From Candidatus Babeliales bacterium (GTDB lineage Bacteria; Babelota; Babeliae; Babelales; Vermiphilaceae), in NCBI GenBank assembly GCA_963743635.1, contig CAVUQO010000002.1, positions 96,001 to 160,000 of the forward strand: a stretch of DNA of 64,000 nt, read 5' to 3'. The notes under the pieces were generated by a model. The model saw only the letters and a program-made list of their open reading frames with translations, was not told the DNA's origin and searched no databases. Numbering within the stretch: position 1 is the first letter of the stretch; each line of letters starts with the position of its first letter. Shown here piece by piece: positions 19,078 to 29,128 of the stretch. The position numbers and the translations under genes are program-made.

Positions 19078-19737
19078 ATGGAGAGAAATAAAATCATAAC
19101 GATTGCGGTGCTGGTGGTTGGCATTATTGCATGGCGCATGGGGGCGATGGAGCCGCAGCGATATAGGCGTATGTCTGATCTTGGCTTCGTGTTAGGAATA
19201 AATCCCGAATTTATGAATCTTCCATATGAATTGAAAAATCAAGTTCAAGCGTTCGGTAATAACGTACGAGTACTCGATGTCGGAGCTGGTGATGGGACTA
19301 TTACCAAGAAAATGATTAATGAGTTTGGCATTAATCATGTATGTGCTTTGGAACCAGGTTCAGAGTATGATGTGGCTTCATTGAGACAAAATCTTCCGCA
19401 GAATGCCTGTATTATTCCCAAAACATTGCAAGATGCTGTTATATCAGAGCCAAACTTTGCCTCTAGTTTTGATGTTGTGACTGTCTTTAAATACAATATT
19501 TCTTTGAATGAAAAAAAAGAATTCATAAAAGCTTTAGCTGAAACCGTTAAGCCATCGGGCAAGGTTTTTATGACTTCAGTAGAACCGGAACGATTCCATG
19601 AACCTAGCAATGTTTGGGATAAGCCTTTGTATTTAATAGATGATTTACAAGAATACTTCATCATTGATTCCATAGAAAGAATAGAGCAACGAGAAGGACG
19701 GTACGATTTTTTGATTATGCATCCAAAGCAACGCTGA
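19078..19737 (+). CDS. Class I SAM-dependent methyltransferase carrying the same export leader as the WD40 proteins
   Basis: MERNKII...AWRMGAME leader; VLDVGAGDG, ALEP, SFDVV, VKPSG motifs. Confidence 0.85.
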   Translation: MERNKIITIAVLVVGIIAWRMGAMEPQRYRRMSDLGFVLGINPEFMNLPYELKNQVQAFGNNVRVLDVGAGDGTITKKMINEFGINHVCALEPGSEYDVASLRQNLPQNACIIPKTLQDAVISEPNFASSFDVVTVFKYNISLNEKKEFIKALAETVKPSGKVFMTSVEPERFHEPSNVWDKPLYLIDDLQEYFIIDSIERIEQREGRYDFLIMHPKQR

Positions 19738-19841
19738 GCTTTGCCCCAAGAAAACGAGTCGGAGAATAGTTGTTTATTGCCCTCGGCATGTAATCTATAT
19801 TGAAGCGAAAAGTCTAACCACGCAGCAGCATAATAACTTTC

Positions 19842-19873
19842 GGGCTCCGGATGCACATCAGGAGCCCTTTTTT
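19842..19873 (+). terminator. Rho-independent terminator
   Basis: gggctccggatg..catcaggagccc followed by a T tract. Confidence 0.7.
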
Positions 19874-19943
19874 GACGGAGAGAGCGAAAAAAAGTACCAT
19901 AAATATATCCTAAAATCCCTTTAAGTCACGCGAGTAAAAACCC

Positions 19944-22392
19944 ATGAAATACGAAGTTGCTCAGATAGAAGGCAAATGGCAGAAGCGTTGGAAAGATAAT
20001 CCGGTTGCAAAGGCACGCAAAGCCGGCAATGGTAAGAAATACTATTGCCTGGACATGTTCCCGTATCCATCAGGTTCGGGCCTGCATGTGGGCCACTGGC
20101 GCGGTTACGTTTTATCCGATCTCTATGCACGTATGAAATGGCTCGAGGGGTACAATGTACTCCATCCAATGGGTTGGGATGCGTTCGGGTTGCCGGCTGA
20201 AAATGCGGCAATCAAATTGGGTATTCACCCACGGGAAAGCACTGAAAAAAATATTGCCGTCTTCAAGCGTCAGCTTGAGCAGTTGGCTGCAATTTATGAC
20301 TGGTACAAAGAGGTTGATACTACCGATCCTGAAGTATTATAAATGGACGCAGTGGATCTTCTTACAAATGTATAAAGCGGGCCTTGCATACGAAGATTTT
20401 ATGCCGATCAATTGGTGCCCATCATGTTTGACTGGTCTTGCAAATGAAGAAGTAGTCAACGGGAAATGTGATCGTTGCGGCTCAGCCGTTGAAGAAAACA
20501 CCATTCGCCAATGGGTGCTCAGAATTACTGATTACGCACAAAAATTACTCGATGGCCTCGATACGCTCGAATGGTCTGAAAAAATTAAATTAATGCAACG
20601 CAATTGGATTGGCCGTAGCGAAGGGCTTGTCTTTACCGCACCGGTGAAAGATACCGATTTAACCATTCAAACATTCTCTGCGCACTTTGAAGCATTCTGC
20701 GCTGATACGTTCGTCGTGATCGCGCCTGATCATGCATTCTTGCCGACCTTACTTGAAGGCGTGCCGAATAAAGATGAGATTCTTGCCTTCTGTAAACAGC
20801 TCGTCGATAAACGCATTGAACGTGGCTTTGAAGAAGAAAAAGAAAGCGAAGGCATTTTCACGGGCCGTTATATCGTAGATCCAATTGGCAATGGCGATTT
20901 ACCAATTTGGATTGCGAGCTTTGCGCTTGCGCATTATGGCACCGGGATTGTAAAATGCTCAGCGCATGATACGCGCGATTTTGCATTCGCTAAAAAATAT
21001 AACATTCCATTAAAAGCAGTATTGCTTCCGGAAGATCCTGCGCTTGCTGAACGCGTTAAAAACTTTGAAGTTTGCTATACCGATATGGAAAAAGGCATTC
21101 TGGCCGAACCGGCGCCCTTTGCGGGAAAACGCGCAGGAGATTGCCGCGAATTAATTATCGAATATTGCGAACAAAAAGGGTATGCGCAGCGTAAAACGAG
21201 TTATCGTTTGCGTGATTGGATATTCTCTCGTCAGCGTTATTGGGGTGAGCCGATTCCATTGATTCATTGTGCGGCATGTGGCGTAGTTCCCGTGCCTGAA
21301 GATCAATTGCCGATAAAATTACCTGATGTTGAGCGCTATCAACCGACGGGCACTGGCGAATCACCGCTTGCTGCTATTCATGATTGGGTTAATACAACGT
21401 GTCCACAATGCGGTGGTGATGCAAGGCGTGAAACGAACACCATGCCGCAATGGGCTGGTTCATGCTGGTATTTCTTGCGTTATCCAAATCCTGATTTGAA
21501 AGATAAGCCATGGGATGCTGAAGATATGAAATACTGGATGCCTGTTGATCTTTATGTCGGCGGTATTGAGCATGCAATTTTACATTTACTCTATGCGCGC
21601 TTCTATGTAAAAGTGCTTTATGATCTTGGCCATCTTCCGTTTAACGAGCCATTCTCTCATTTATTTAACCAAGGCATGGTTTTAAAATATTCAGAAAAAT
21701 CGGGCTTGGTAGAAAAAATGTCTAAATCTCAAGGTAACGTTGTCAATCCTGACGACATTGTCCGCACCTATGGATCAGACGTCTTGCGCGCCTATATCAT
21801 GTTTATGGGGCCTCCTGAGCTTGATTGCGAATGGCAAGATACTGGGCTTGAAGGTATCAAGCGCTTTTTGAATAAAGTGTGGAATTTTGCGACCAATCAA
21901 TCATTAGTGCTGCCAGACACTGAGCAAGAAGATATGGTTGTAACGAAACGAGTGCATAAATTTGTGCACGATTTTCAAGATCGCATGCGTTATTTCAAGC
22001 CAAACACGGCAATTTCTGCGGCGATGGAACTCTTCAATGATATCCAAGCCGATTCAATGCGGCTGAGTAAGGCGTCGCTTGAAAAAGTGCTTATTACACT
22101 TTCTATTTTTGTACCGCATATTGCGAGCGAACTACTGGAACAAATCATTGGTAAACAATTAGCCGATTGTTCATGGCCAACGTATGATGAGGCATTGCTT
22201 GTGCAAGATACGGTAACGTATGTGGTGCAGGTCAATGGTAAGTTGCGCGCAAGTCTTATTGCGAACGTGGTTGCGGAACAAGATATCGTGGAACGTGAAG
22301 CGGCTAAGCTGATTGATAAATGGCTTGAGGGCAAAGAGATTGTGAAGGTCATCTTCGTTCACGGTCGTTTGGTAAATTTCGTCATTAGATAA
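19944..22392 (+). CDS. leuS: Leucine--tRNA ligase; one frameshift near 20333
   Basis: [53 protein letters not shown] is interrupted by an extra base. Confidence 0.95.
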
Positions 22393-22408
22393 AAACGAAA
22401 GGTTCAAA

Positions 22409-22903
22409 ATGAAACGTATTATTGCATCATTAATACTTCTACCGAGCGCGCTTGAAGCGGGGCTTGGTTGGTCGCAACCACCACTTGAGGTCAAAAGTGT
22501 TATGCTAGCGGTTGATTTGTTCAATAAAGGAGCTGGCGATGCTGTTTTTTCAGCAGTATTAAAATATACGCTAGATGATCAAGGCACACCCAGCCCTGTC
22601 CAAAGGACAGCCAATGCAATCACGCAGAATAATCCAGTTAAGGATCTGTTGTATGCATGTAATGTAACGGGCGGTCTGACAAAAGTATCTGATGGTAAGG
22701 CAAGCCTTGAGTATGAAGTAACGAAAACTAAAGCTGGTGAAGAACCTATCGTTTTATTGGCAAAAAAAACTGTAGAGCTTACCTTATTGCGCAAGGCCAT
22801 GACGCGCCATGAAGAAGAAATTCAAAACGCTGGTCATCCGTTCTTATTGCACATAGATGTTTATCACTCGGATGAGAAGATTACTTGGAGCCCGGGTGAA
22901 TAA
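22409..22903 (+). CDS. Secreted hypothetical protein
   Basis: Signal peptide MKRIIASLILLPSALEA; GAAAGG RBS. Confidence 0.7.
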   Translation: MKRIIASLILLPSALEAGLGWSQPPLEVKSVMLAVDLFNKGAGDAVFSAVLKYTLDDQGTPSPVQRTANAITQNNPVKDLLYACNVTGGLTKVSDGKASLEYEVTKTKAGEEPIVLLAKKTVELTLLRKAMTRHEEEIQNAGHPFLLHIDVYHSDEKITWSPGE

Positions 22904-22974
22904 GTCATGCAAGGATTTAATACAATCCTTGGTAGTAAGATAAAGTATAAAAACGACCTTAATAATAATTGAAT

Positions 22975-23005
22975 GCGCTCAACGGGGTTTTCCCCCGTTG
23001 GGCGC
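22975..23005. terminator. Hairpin between convergent genes
   Basis: gcgctcaacgggg-tttt-ccccgttgggcgc. Confidence 0.7.
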
Positions 23006-23006
23006 T

Positions 23007-23414
23007 TCATCGCTCTGCATGAATTTCGAGTTTACCTTTGCTATTTCTGCAAATAATAAAGGTATCTCGATTTTGCACATTATACTTTGGCAGAATAGCT
23101 TGGTCATGGTTTTCGCCATCAAATACACGAATGCTGCCAGGGATAACGCGACGTGAGCTGAGTGGATCGCCGGTGAGTATGATGGTTTTGAATTCGTGGG
23201 GATTAAGCGTATTTTTAACGCTATTTGCTAGTTGTTTTGAGCGCACCTTTATTCTTTTCTTTGGTTGCACAATCTGTTGCACGACCTGCGTATATTCGGT
23301 TATAATTTCGACCGGATAATCGGTCATGTTGCGATAGGTATGATCGGCCCATTTATCGTGCGTTGCTCGTGAGGCAGTATGAATCAATACTAAGCCAATG
23401 ATGAGTTTTTTCAT
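23007..23414 (-). CDS. Secreted basic hypothetical protein
   Basis: Signal peptide; YRNMTDYPVEI beta-rich start; overlaps the upstream gene at ATGA. Confidence 0.7.
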   Translation of the reverse strand: MKKLIIGLVLIHTASRATHDKWADHTYRNMTDYPVEIITEYTQVVQQIVQPKKRIKVRSKQLANSVKNTLNPHEFKTIILTGDPLSSRRVIPGSIRVFDGENHDQAILPKYNVQNRDTFIICRNSKGKLEIHAER

Positions 23415-23809
23415 GATAATTTCCTTGATGAGCTGGTAATGGTGAGAGAGTTGTTATCGTCATATACAATCGTATAGTCGTTATTCTTTTGCAAGTCTTT
23501 GTAAGTTAATGCGGTCCACTCGTTTCTGCGGCGGGTATTGGTTGCCATCAAATAACAAAATTCAAGATCTTCAAACATTGTTGCGCGTAGGGTAATGGTT
23601 GCTGATCTTCCAGGTTTTATATAAGTGGTATATTTGCGCATGCGGTTTTCATAGCGAATGCCATTTTTTACGTGTTTATACCGCTTATACCATAAGGTGA
23701 CGCGTATCTTTTTATCCGCATCATTGTGAAAGGTGCGTGGTGTATCTACATGCGCTGCGAGGGAAGAGAATGCGCACGCCAGGATAAGCATGAAAGGACG
23801 ATAGTGCAT
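23411..23809 (-). CDS. Secreted basic hypothetical protein, possibly related to the downstream gene
   Basis: Signal peptide; FHNDADKKIRVTL parallels YRNMTDYPVEI. Confidence 0.65.
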   Translation of the reverse strand: MHYRPFMLILACAFSSLAAHVDTPRTFHNDADKKIRVTLWYKRYKHVKNGIRYENRMRKYTTYIKPGRSATITLRATMFEDLEFCYLMATNTRRRNEWTALTYKDLQKNNDYTIVYDDNNSLTITSSSRKLS

Positions 23810-23984
23810 AATGAAGCCTTATGGTTATTGTGTGATTTGTGTTCTTATGTCGAGCCACCTTTATTGAGGGTAATCATAGTTGATTAAAACTATTTTTTTC
23901 AAGATTTTTGAACGAAGATTCTGATTTTCTTGTGTAGTCGAAGATTCATACGCTATGGTGAATTTCAGACTCAAGGAGAGCACG

Positions 23985-24689
23985 GTGAAAAAAAGAGTGT
24001 GTATTGGCGCATTGATTTTTGCAGCATGGGCATTCAATGGAGATGGGGCATCGATGGCAAAAAATAAATTAGAAGTATATCGCAAACGAAGAAATCTTAA
24101 GGTTTCTCCAGAGCCAGTCGGTACTGTTAAGAAAACTCGTGGAAAAAAAGCGATCTTTGTAATTCAAAAGCATGCGGCCCGAGCATTGCACTATGATGTG
24201 CGGCTTGAAATCGATGGGGTGCTTGTTTCATGGGCAGTGCCAAAGGGCCCGTCAATGAATCCGCGCGTGAAGCATTTAGCAGTTCGTACCGATGATCATC
24301 CGATGGAATATGCGAAATTTGAGGGCGTAATTCCCGAAGGGTCGTATGGTGCTGGCACGGTAATGGTTTGGGATATTGGAACCTATAAAAATATAAAAAC
24401 CACTGATGATGGTGAGTTGGTACCGATGAAAGAATGTCTCAAGCAAGGCCGCGTAGAAGTCTTTCTGAAGGGAAAGAAACTTGAAGGCGGTTACGCATTG
24501 ATAAAGACTGCGCTCAGAGGCGGTGAGCAGTGGCTCCTTATAAAAATGCGTGATGAATATGCTGACGCGCGCAGAAATCCGGTCAGTAGCGAACAAAAAT
24601 CAGCTTTAACTGATCGCACCATGACTGAAATTAAGCAGGATGAGGGAAAACAGACGCGCAAAAGAAAGGTTCCTTCATGTCGATGTTAA
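23985..24689 (+). CDS. LigD 3'-phosphoesterase module, stand-alone; alternative start at 24054
   Basis: FVIQKHAARALHYDVRLE, SWAVPKGP, TDDHP.EY, YGAGTVMVWD.G motifs. Confidence 0.9.
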   Translation: MKKRVCIGALIFAAWAFNGDGASMAKNKLEVYRKRRNLKVSPEPVGTVKKTRGKKAIFVIQKHAARALHYDVRLEIDGVLVSWAVPKGPSMNPRVKHLAVRTDDHPMEYAKFEGVIPEGSYGAGTVMVWDIGTYKNIKTTDDGELVPMKECLKQGRVEVFLKGKKLEGGYALIKTALRGGEQWLLIKMRDEYADARRNPVSSEQKSALTDRTMTEIKQDEGKQTRKRKVPSCRC

Positions 24690-25606
24690 AAGTAGGAAAA
24701 TACAACATAGAGATTACTAACAGTGCTAAAGAAATTTTTCCGCTCTCTCATATCACAAAGGGTGAGATTGTTAATTATTATGTGCGCATCGCAGATACTA
24801 TGGTTCCCCATATGAAAAATCGTTTAATATCGATGCAGCGATTTCCAAACGGTATTAATCATGAGAGCTTTTTTCAGAAAAATATCGGTGATTATTTTCC
24901 AGCATGGATCAAAAATGTTTCCGTTAAAAAACAAACTGAGGGTGTAGTGCACTATGCGGTTTGTAATGATGCAGCAACACTCGTGTACCTTGCCAATCAA
25001 CTCTGTTTAACGCCACATATTTGGCTGAGTAAAGCTGATAAGCTTGATTATCCTGATCGCATGATTTTTGATCTTGATCCTGCGACTGCGCACGATGTAA
25101 CCACAAAAAAGGATTTTGACTCGGTAAGAAAAACTGCCTTTTTGATTAAAGAGGCGCTTGAGCAATTGGACTTGATTCCTTTTGTGATGACGACCGGTTC
25201 AAGAGGCGTACACGTAGTGGTACCCATTAAACGGCAATATACCTTTGATGAAGTGCGTGATTTCGCACGCGATATTGCACAGCTCTTAGTGAATGAATAT
25301 CCCAAGGAATTAACGCTCGAAGTTCGCAAGGAAAAACGAAGAGGCCGCATATTTATGGATGTATTACGCAATGCATTTGGGCAGACCGGTGTTGCTCCTT
25401 ATGCTATTCGTGCGCGAGAAGGAGCACCTATTGCAACTCCCATCACATGGCAAGAATTGAAGAGTCCAACAATGCATGCGCAACGCTACACCATAAAAAC
25501 AATATTCAGGCGCCTTACGCAAAGGGGTGATCCATGGAAAGAAATAGATGCATCAGCGCAATCGATAACGCAAGCGCGTAAAAAACTGAGTAAATTAGCG
25601 CCATAG
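24677..25606 (+). CDS. LigD primase-polymerase module, stand-alone
   Basis: ITKGEIVNYY, RFPNGI..FFQK, PDRMIFDLDP, TTGSRGVH, RNAFGQT..PY motifs. Confidence 0.92.
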   Translation: MSMLKVGKYNIEITNSAKEIFPLSHITKGEIVNYYVRIADTMVPHMKNRLISMQRFPNGINHESFFQKNIGDYFPAWIKNVSVKKQTEGVVHYAVCNDAATLVYLANQLCLTPHIWLSKADKLDYPDRMIFDLDPATAHDVTTKKDFDSVRKTAFLIKEALEQLDLIPFVMTTGSRGVHVVVPIKRQYTFDEVRDFARDIAQLLVNEYPKELTLEVRKEKRRGRIFMDVLRNAFGQTGVAPYAIRAREGAPIATPITWQELKSPTMHAQRYTIKTIFRRLTQRGDPWKEIDASAQSITQARKKLSKLAP

Positions 25607-25678
25607 TGGTTAAAAATGTGTCTAATCTTGACCAGGGCGCTGTGAGGGTGATAGTTTTTTAGCAAAAAAGGATTAAGT

Positions 25679-26719
25679 GTGAATATAGTTTCTATTGTAA
25701 GTCATAGTATGTATCGTCTCAGCCTGTTGCTGCTGACCATTTTTCTTACTGGTTGTATCTGGTATGCGGGTTTCTATAATCGTCCTGCGTGCGATGCAAT
25801 ACCAAATTTAAAAGCAGTAACTCCCGCTTTATATCGGGAATGGGCGAAAAGTTCGAATATAGTTAAAACGGGTATCTATATTACGAATTTTTCCATGGTG
25901 AATATGGCGGAAAATCAATTTTTAATGGATGCATACATATGGTTAAAATTCAATCCTTTGACACTTTCCCTTGATACGGTAAGCCAATTTAGCTTTGATA
26001 AGGGGCGAATGAATGCAAAGGATCTGATAGATGCAAAAAAACTTAATGATGATTTACAAGTGCGATATCGCGTACAGGTTGAGTTTGTGAGTGTACTTAA
26101 TTATAAGTATTATCCTTTTGATAGTCATCGTCTTTATATGGTACTGAGAAGTGATGGCGTTTCTCCCCGAGAAATACTTTTAACGACTGATTATACGAGT
26201 ACTTGGTTTTGCCGTGATGCATTATCTTACAATTGGACATACGATGAACCGGCAACCGATTATGGATTTTTGGAAATGCAGCTCGATTCGCGACAGCCAA
26301 GCAAGGTAGATATGGTGCCAGCATCCGCGATATATTTTGATTTTTCTCGCAAAGATTTTCAAGATGCGATATCTATTTTTCTACCTCTTATGTGCTTAAT
26401 GTTGTTAATGCTGGGTTCGTTTTTGATTGCATTTACTCCTGCGCAAGCAGTGGGTTTTTCTGTGGTGGGCATTCTAAGTGCCATTGTGTATAGAATAATC
26501 ATTAATGGGATGAGTCCCAAAGTGGTATATTATATGCTCAGTGATCTAGGATTTATATTCGTATTTTTATGTGCATGTATGATATGCATTTTTCATAGTA
26601 TAAATGCATGGTATAAAGATGAAGAAAAAGTAAATCTTGAGCTGCTGCGGGGCGGGGAACTTACGATTTCGAGTATCGTATTTCTTGTTGGATGGTTTTT
26701 TATATTATGTGTATGGTAA
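25679..26719 (+). CDS. Pentameric ligand-gated ion channel (Pro-loop, GLIC/ELIC-like) with N-terminal hydrophobic segment
   Basis: VKTGIYITN..V....NQF.MDAYIW beta1-2 pattern, YKYYPFDSHRL Pro-loop, M1 IFLP, M2-M3 loop SPKVVYYMLSD, four C-terminal TM helices. Confidence 0.82.
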   Translation: MNIVSIVSHSMYRLSLLLLTIFLTGCIWYAGFYNRPACDAIPNLKAVTPALYREWAKSSNIVKTGIYITNFSMVNMAENQFLMDAYIWLKFNPLTLSLDTVSQFSFDKGRMNAKDLIDAKKLNDDLQVRYRVQVEFVSVLNYKYYPFDSHRLYMVLRSDGVSPREILLTTDYTSTWFCRDALSYNWTYDEPATDYGFLEMQLDSRQPSKVDMVPASAIYFDFSRKDFQDAISIFLPLMCLMLLMLGSFLIAFTPAQAVGFSVVGILSAIVYRIIINGMSPKVVYYMLSDLGFIFVFLCACMICIFHSINAWYKDEEKVNLELLRGGELTISSIVFLVGWFFILCVW

Positions 26720-26728
26720 GGAAATTGA

Positions 26729-29116
26729 GTGAAAAAATTATCTATAAAAGGTGCACTTTTTTTGATGCTCTGTGCCGCACCGCTCTCTGCAGGGCAAATA
26801 TTTCAAACTCTGGATATTATAAAGGCCTATGCTCAGTGGTGTCCTGCAACGTACGATATTAACAATTTTGATTATTTAAATCCTGATTATGTACCATCCT
26901 ATTCATATTTGATGCCCAATGGCTGGGATAAGCTTTTAATGACAGTCGGATTAAAAAGTAGGCCTTTATGGCAACCAAAACCATTTCTTGAGTTGTTAGA
27001 AAAGGTAACCAAAGAGCGAAATAAGGAAGGTTTGAAGGGACAATGCATTCAGCGCATTGAGGTTTCACAGGGAGATCATTTTCTGATTTGGGCTAGTTTG
27101 CATGGAGCCTTCCATTCATTCGTGCGGACACTTGAGCATTTGAAAGAACAAAGGATTATCGATAATGATTTGAAAATTATTGAGCCAAAGTATTATATGA
27201 TTTTTGATGGAAATACCATTGATCGTTCTCCCTATGGCATGGAAACATTAACCGTTATATTGCGGCTACTCGAGGCCAATCCAACACGCGTATTTTATGC
27301 GCAGGGCAATCATGAGGCTGATGGTTATTGGGAAGAATATGATTTTCATGATGAGCAAACATATAAGCTTGGCGCTTTGCAAGGATTCATGCCTCCCTAT
27401 AAAGATGGGAAAACGCCATACACCGCTGAATTATATAATTTTTTTGATACATTGCCCATGGCCTTATTTTTGGCTGCAAATACCGTTGAGCGTTCTGATG
27501 GAATCCAGATTGGGCATTATGATCGATCCGAATTCCCACTGACATTTGAAGAACAAAAATACATATTAAACGCAGTTGATACGAAAGTATTTCCTTATCC
27601 AATTTCTATACCGAAAGAGCAGAAGGTTCAAAAACCTGCAAAAGTCACCTCAATAATAGAAGGTGATTCGGCTATTGTTCCCGACTACACCTCTGATGGG
27701 TTGCGCTTTTTGCCGGCGGATCAAGGCATTGCTGCATGGTCTGTGCTTTCTTCGCCAACGATTGCCTATCAAAAAATGTATAATTTTTATATGGATTCTT
27801 ACGTAGAAATAACGATTGAGATACCTATTGAGAAAACAACTATTAAGCAACATTATCAAGATGTACGTAAGCTTACTGGTTTCAAGACTGGCCGAGTGTA
27901 TAACATGTTTTCTGGCCAAGCAGATGAACAGTTTCGCGCACAATCAAAGGTCGAACTCGTTAATGTAGGAACGACTACTGATTTGAAAGGCGCATTAGTA
28001 CACTTTGGTACAGAGCTTTACACCGGCTTAGCGCTTGCATTCAATAAACAAAATCAAGATGGCGTCATTCCAGGATGTTTGGCTGAACTCATTGTGTTAA
28101 ATGATGGTCATTCACCAATACGCAGTCGTCGTAATATTGAAGCGCTGATGAAGGACTTTGATACCAAAATCATGATTGGCCTTGACGAGACCATGTTGTT
28201 AAATGCATATCTCGATTTAGTGCTGAAAAAAGATTTCTTGGTGATGTTTCCGGTTAATGGCGTTGAAAAATTTCGCTCCCCTCAATACAGCAACGTGATA
28301 CATTATAACCATTCATATATTAATGAGTCTGAGATATCAACCGCATATATATTGGATAAGGTCGGCGCTAATAAAATTGCAGTGGTCTATGAAAAGCCAG
28401 GGGTGGGAGACGATGCCCTCCTGGGTGTGCGTATTGCATGCAAGGATAGAAAGTTTACCTCGTTAATCGAGTTACCATTCACCACGAGCATTCTTGATTT
28501 TAAAGATCAAATTGCGGCAATACATCGAGAAAATCCTGATGTGATTGCATTATTCTTGTCAGAGGCATCGGTGCATGAATTTATTCGTCAAATAGGGGTG
28601 CAGAATATCGCAGAAAAAATACTATATGGGGCGAGTTCGATTGGTGCGGAATCAGTAAGACAATACTGCCAAGAAAAAGGGTTGCGCCTTATTGTAACCT
28701 ATTTAGTACCAAATCCTTTTAAGAGTGAAATGCCCATTGTGCAGGAGTTTAGAAAGGATGCTTCAAGTAACAACGCTGTAATTTCTGCTCAGGGATTGGA
28801 AGCGTATATCATAGCGAGTATTTTTGTGGAAGGCCTGCGCATTATAAAGGGGCCTATCAATAATGATACGATTATGAAATCGTTTGAATCGATGCATGAT
28901 TATAAGTTCAAGGGTCTGACGTTAAACTTTAATAAGAACACTCGTGAGTTATTAAATACCATCTGGATTGATACTGGCGAAAATAAAGATTGGATTCCAA
29001 ATGAGGTACATGATCGCACGGAAGCCGAAATTGATACAGTGAGAAAGGCATCAGACTCCAAAAAAGAAGAGCCTCAAAAGCATGAGCCTGAAAAGCATAC
29101 AACGTCTTGGTGGTAA
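26729..29116 (+). CDS. Secreted fusion of a degenerate calcineurin-like (PPP-type) phosphoesterase and a type I periplasmic binding (LivJ-like) domain
   Basis: Signal peptide; ASLHG / DGNTIDRS / QGNHE / FFDTLP; then VGTTTDLKG...G...AF...N, LNDGHSP, NPDVI, LEAYI. Confidence 0.78.
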   Translation: MKKLSIKGALFLMLCAAPLSAGQIFQTLDIIKAYAQWCPATYDINNFDYLNPDYVPSYSYLMPNGWDKLLMTVGLKSRPLWQPKPFLELLEKVTKERNKEGLKGQCIQRIEVSQGDHFLIWASLHGAFHSFVRTLEHLKEQRIIDNDLKIIEPKYYMIFDGNTIDRSPYGMETLTVILRLLEANPTRVFYAQGNHEADGYWEEYDFHDEQTYKLGALQGFMPPYKDGKTPYTAELYNFFDTLPMALFLAANTVERSDGIQIGHYDRSEFPLTFEEQKYILNAVDTKVFPYPISIPKEQKVQKPAKVTSIIEGDSAIVPDYTSDGLRFLPADQGIAAWSVLSSPTIAYQKMYNFYMDSYVEITIEIPIEKTTIKQHYQDVRKLTGFKTGRVYNMFSGQADEQFRAQSKVELVNVGTTTDLKGALVHFGTELYTGLALAFNKQNQDGVIPGCLAELIVLNDGHSPIRSRRNIEALMKDFDTKIMIGLDETMLLNAYLDLVLKKDFLVMFPVNGVEKFRSPQYSNVIHYNHSYINESEISTAYILDKVGANKIAVVYEKPGVGDDALLGVRIACKDRKFTSLIELPFTTSILDFKDQIAAIHRENPDVIALFLSEASVHEFIRQIGVQNIAEKILYGASSIGAESVRQYCQEKGLRLIVTYLVPNPFKSEMPIVQEFRKDASSNNAVISAQGLEAYIIASIFVEGLRIIKGPINNDTIMKSFESMHDYKFKGLTLNFNKNTRELLNTIWIDTGENKDWIPNEVHDRTEAEIDTVRKASDSKKEEPQKHEPEKHTTSWW

Positions 29117-29128
29117 GAAAGGATCAGT

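Noticed and set aside
19740..19943. T-box riboswitch upstream of leuS
   Set aside because: No GGTGG-ACC-CG T-box motif was found; the hairpin is adequately explained as a terminator.
20325..20345. Programmed frameshift in leuS
   Set aside because: No slippery sequence is present, and a single extra base fits the error pattern elsewhere.
24670..24689. C-terminal CRC as a prenylation signal on the LigD phosphoesterase
   Set aside because: It lies in the overlap with the next start codon and is probably incidental.
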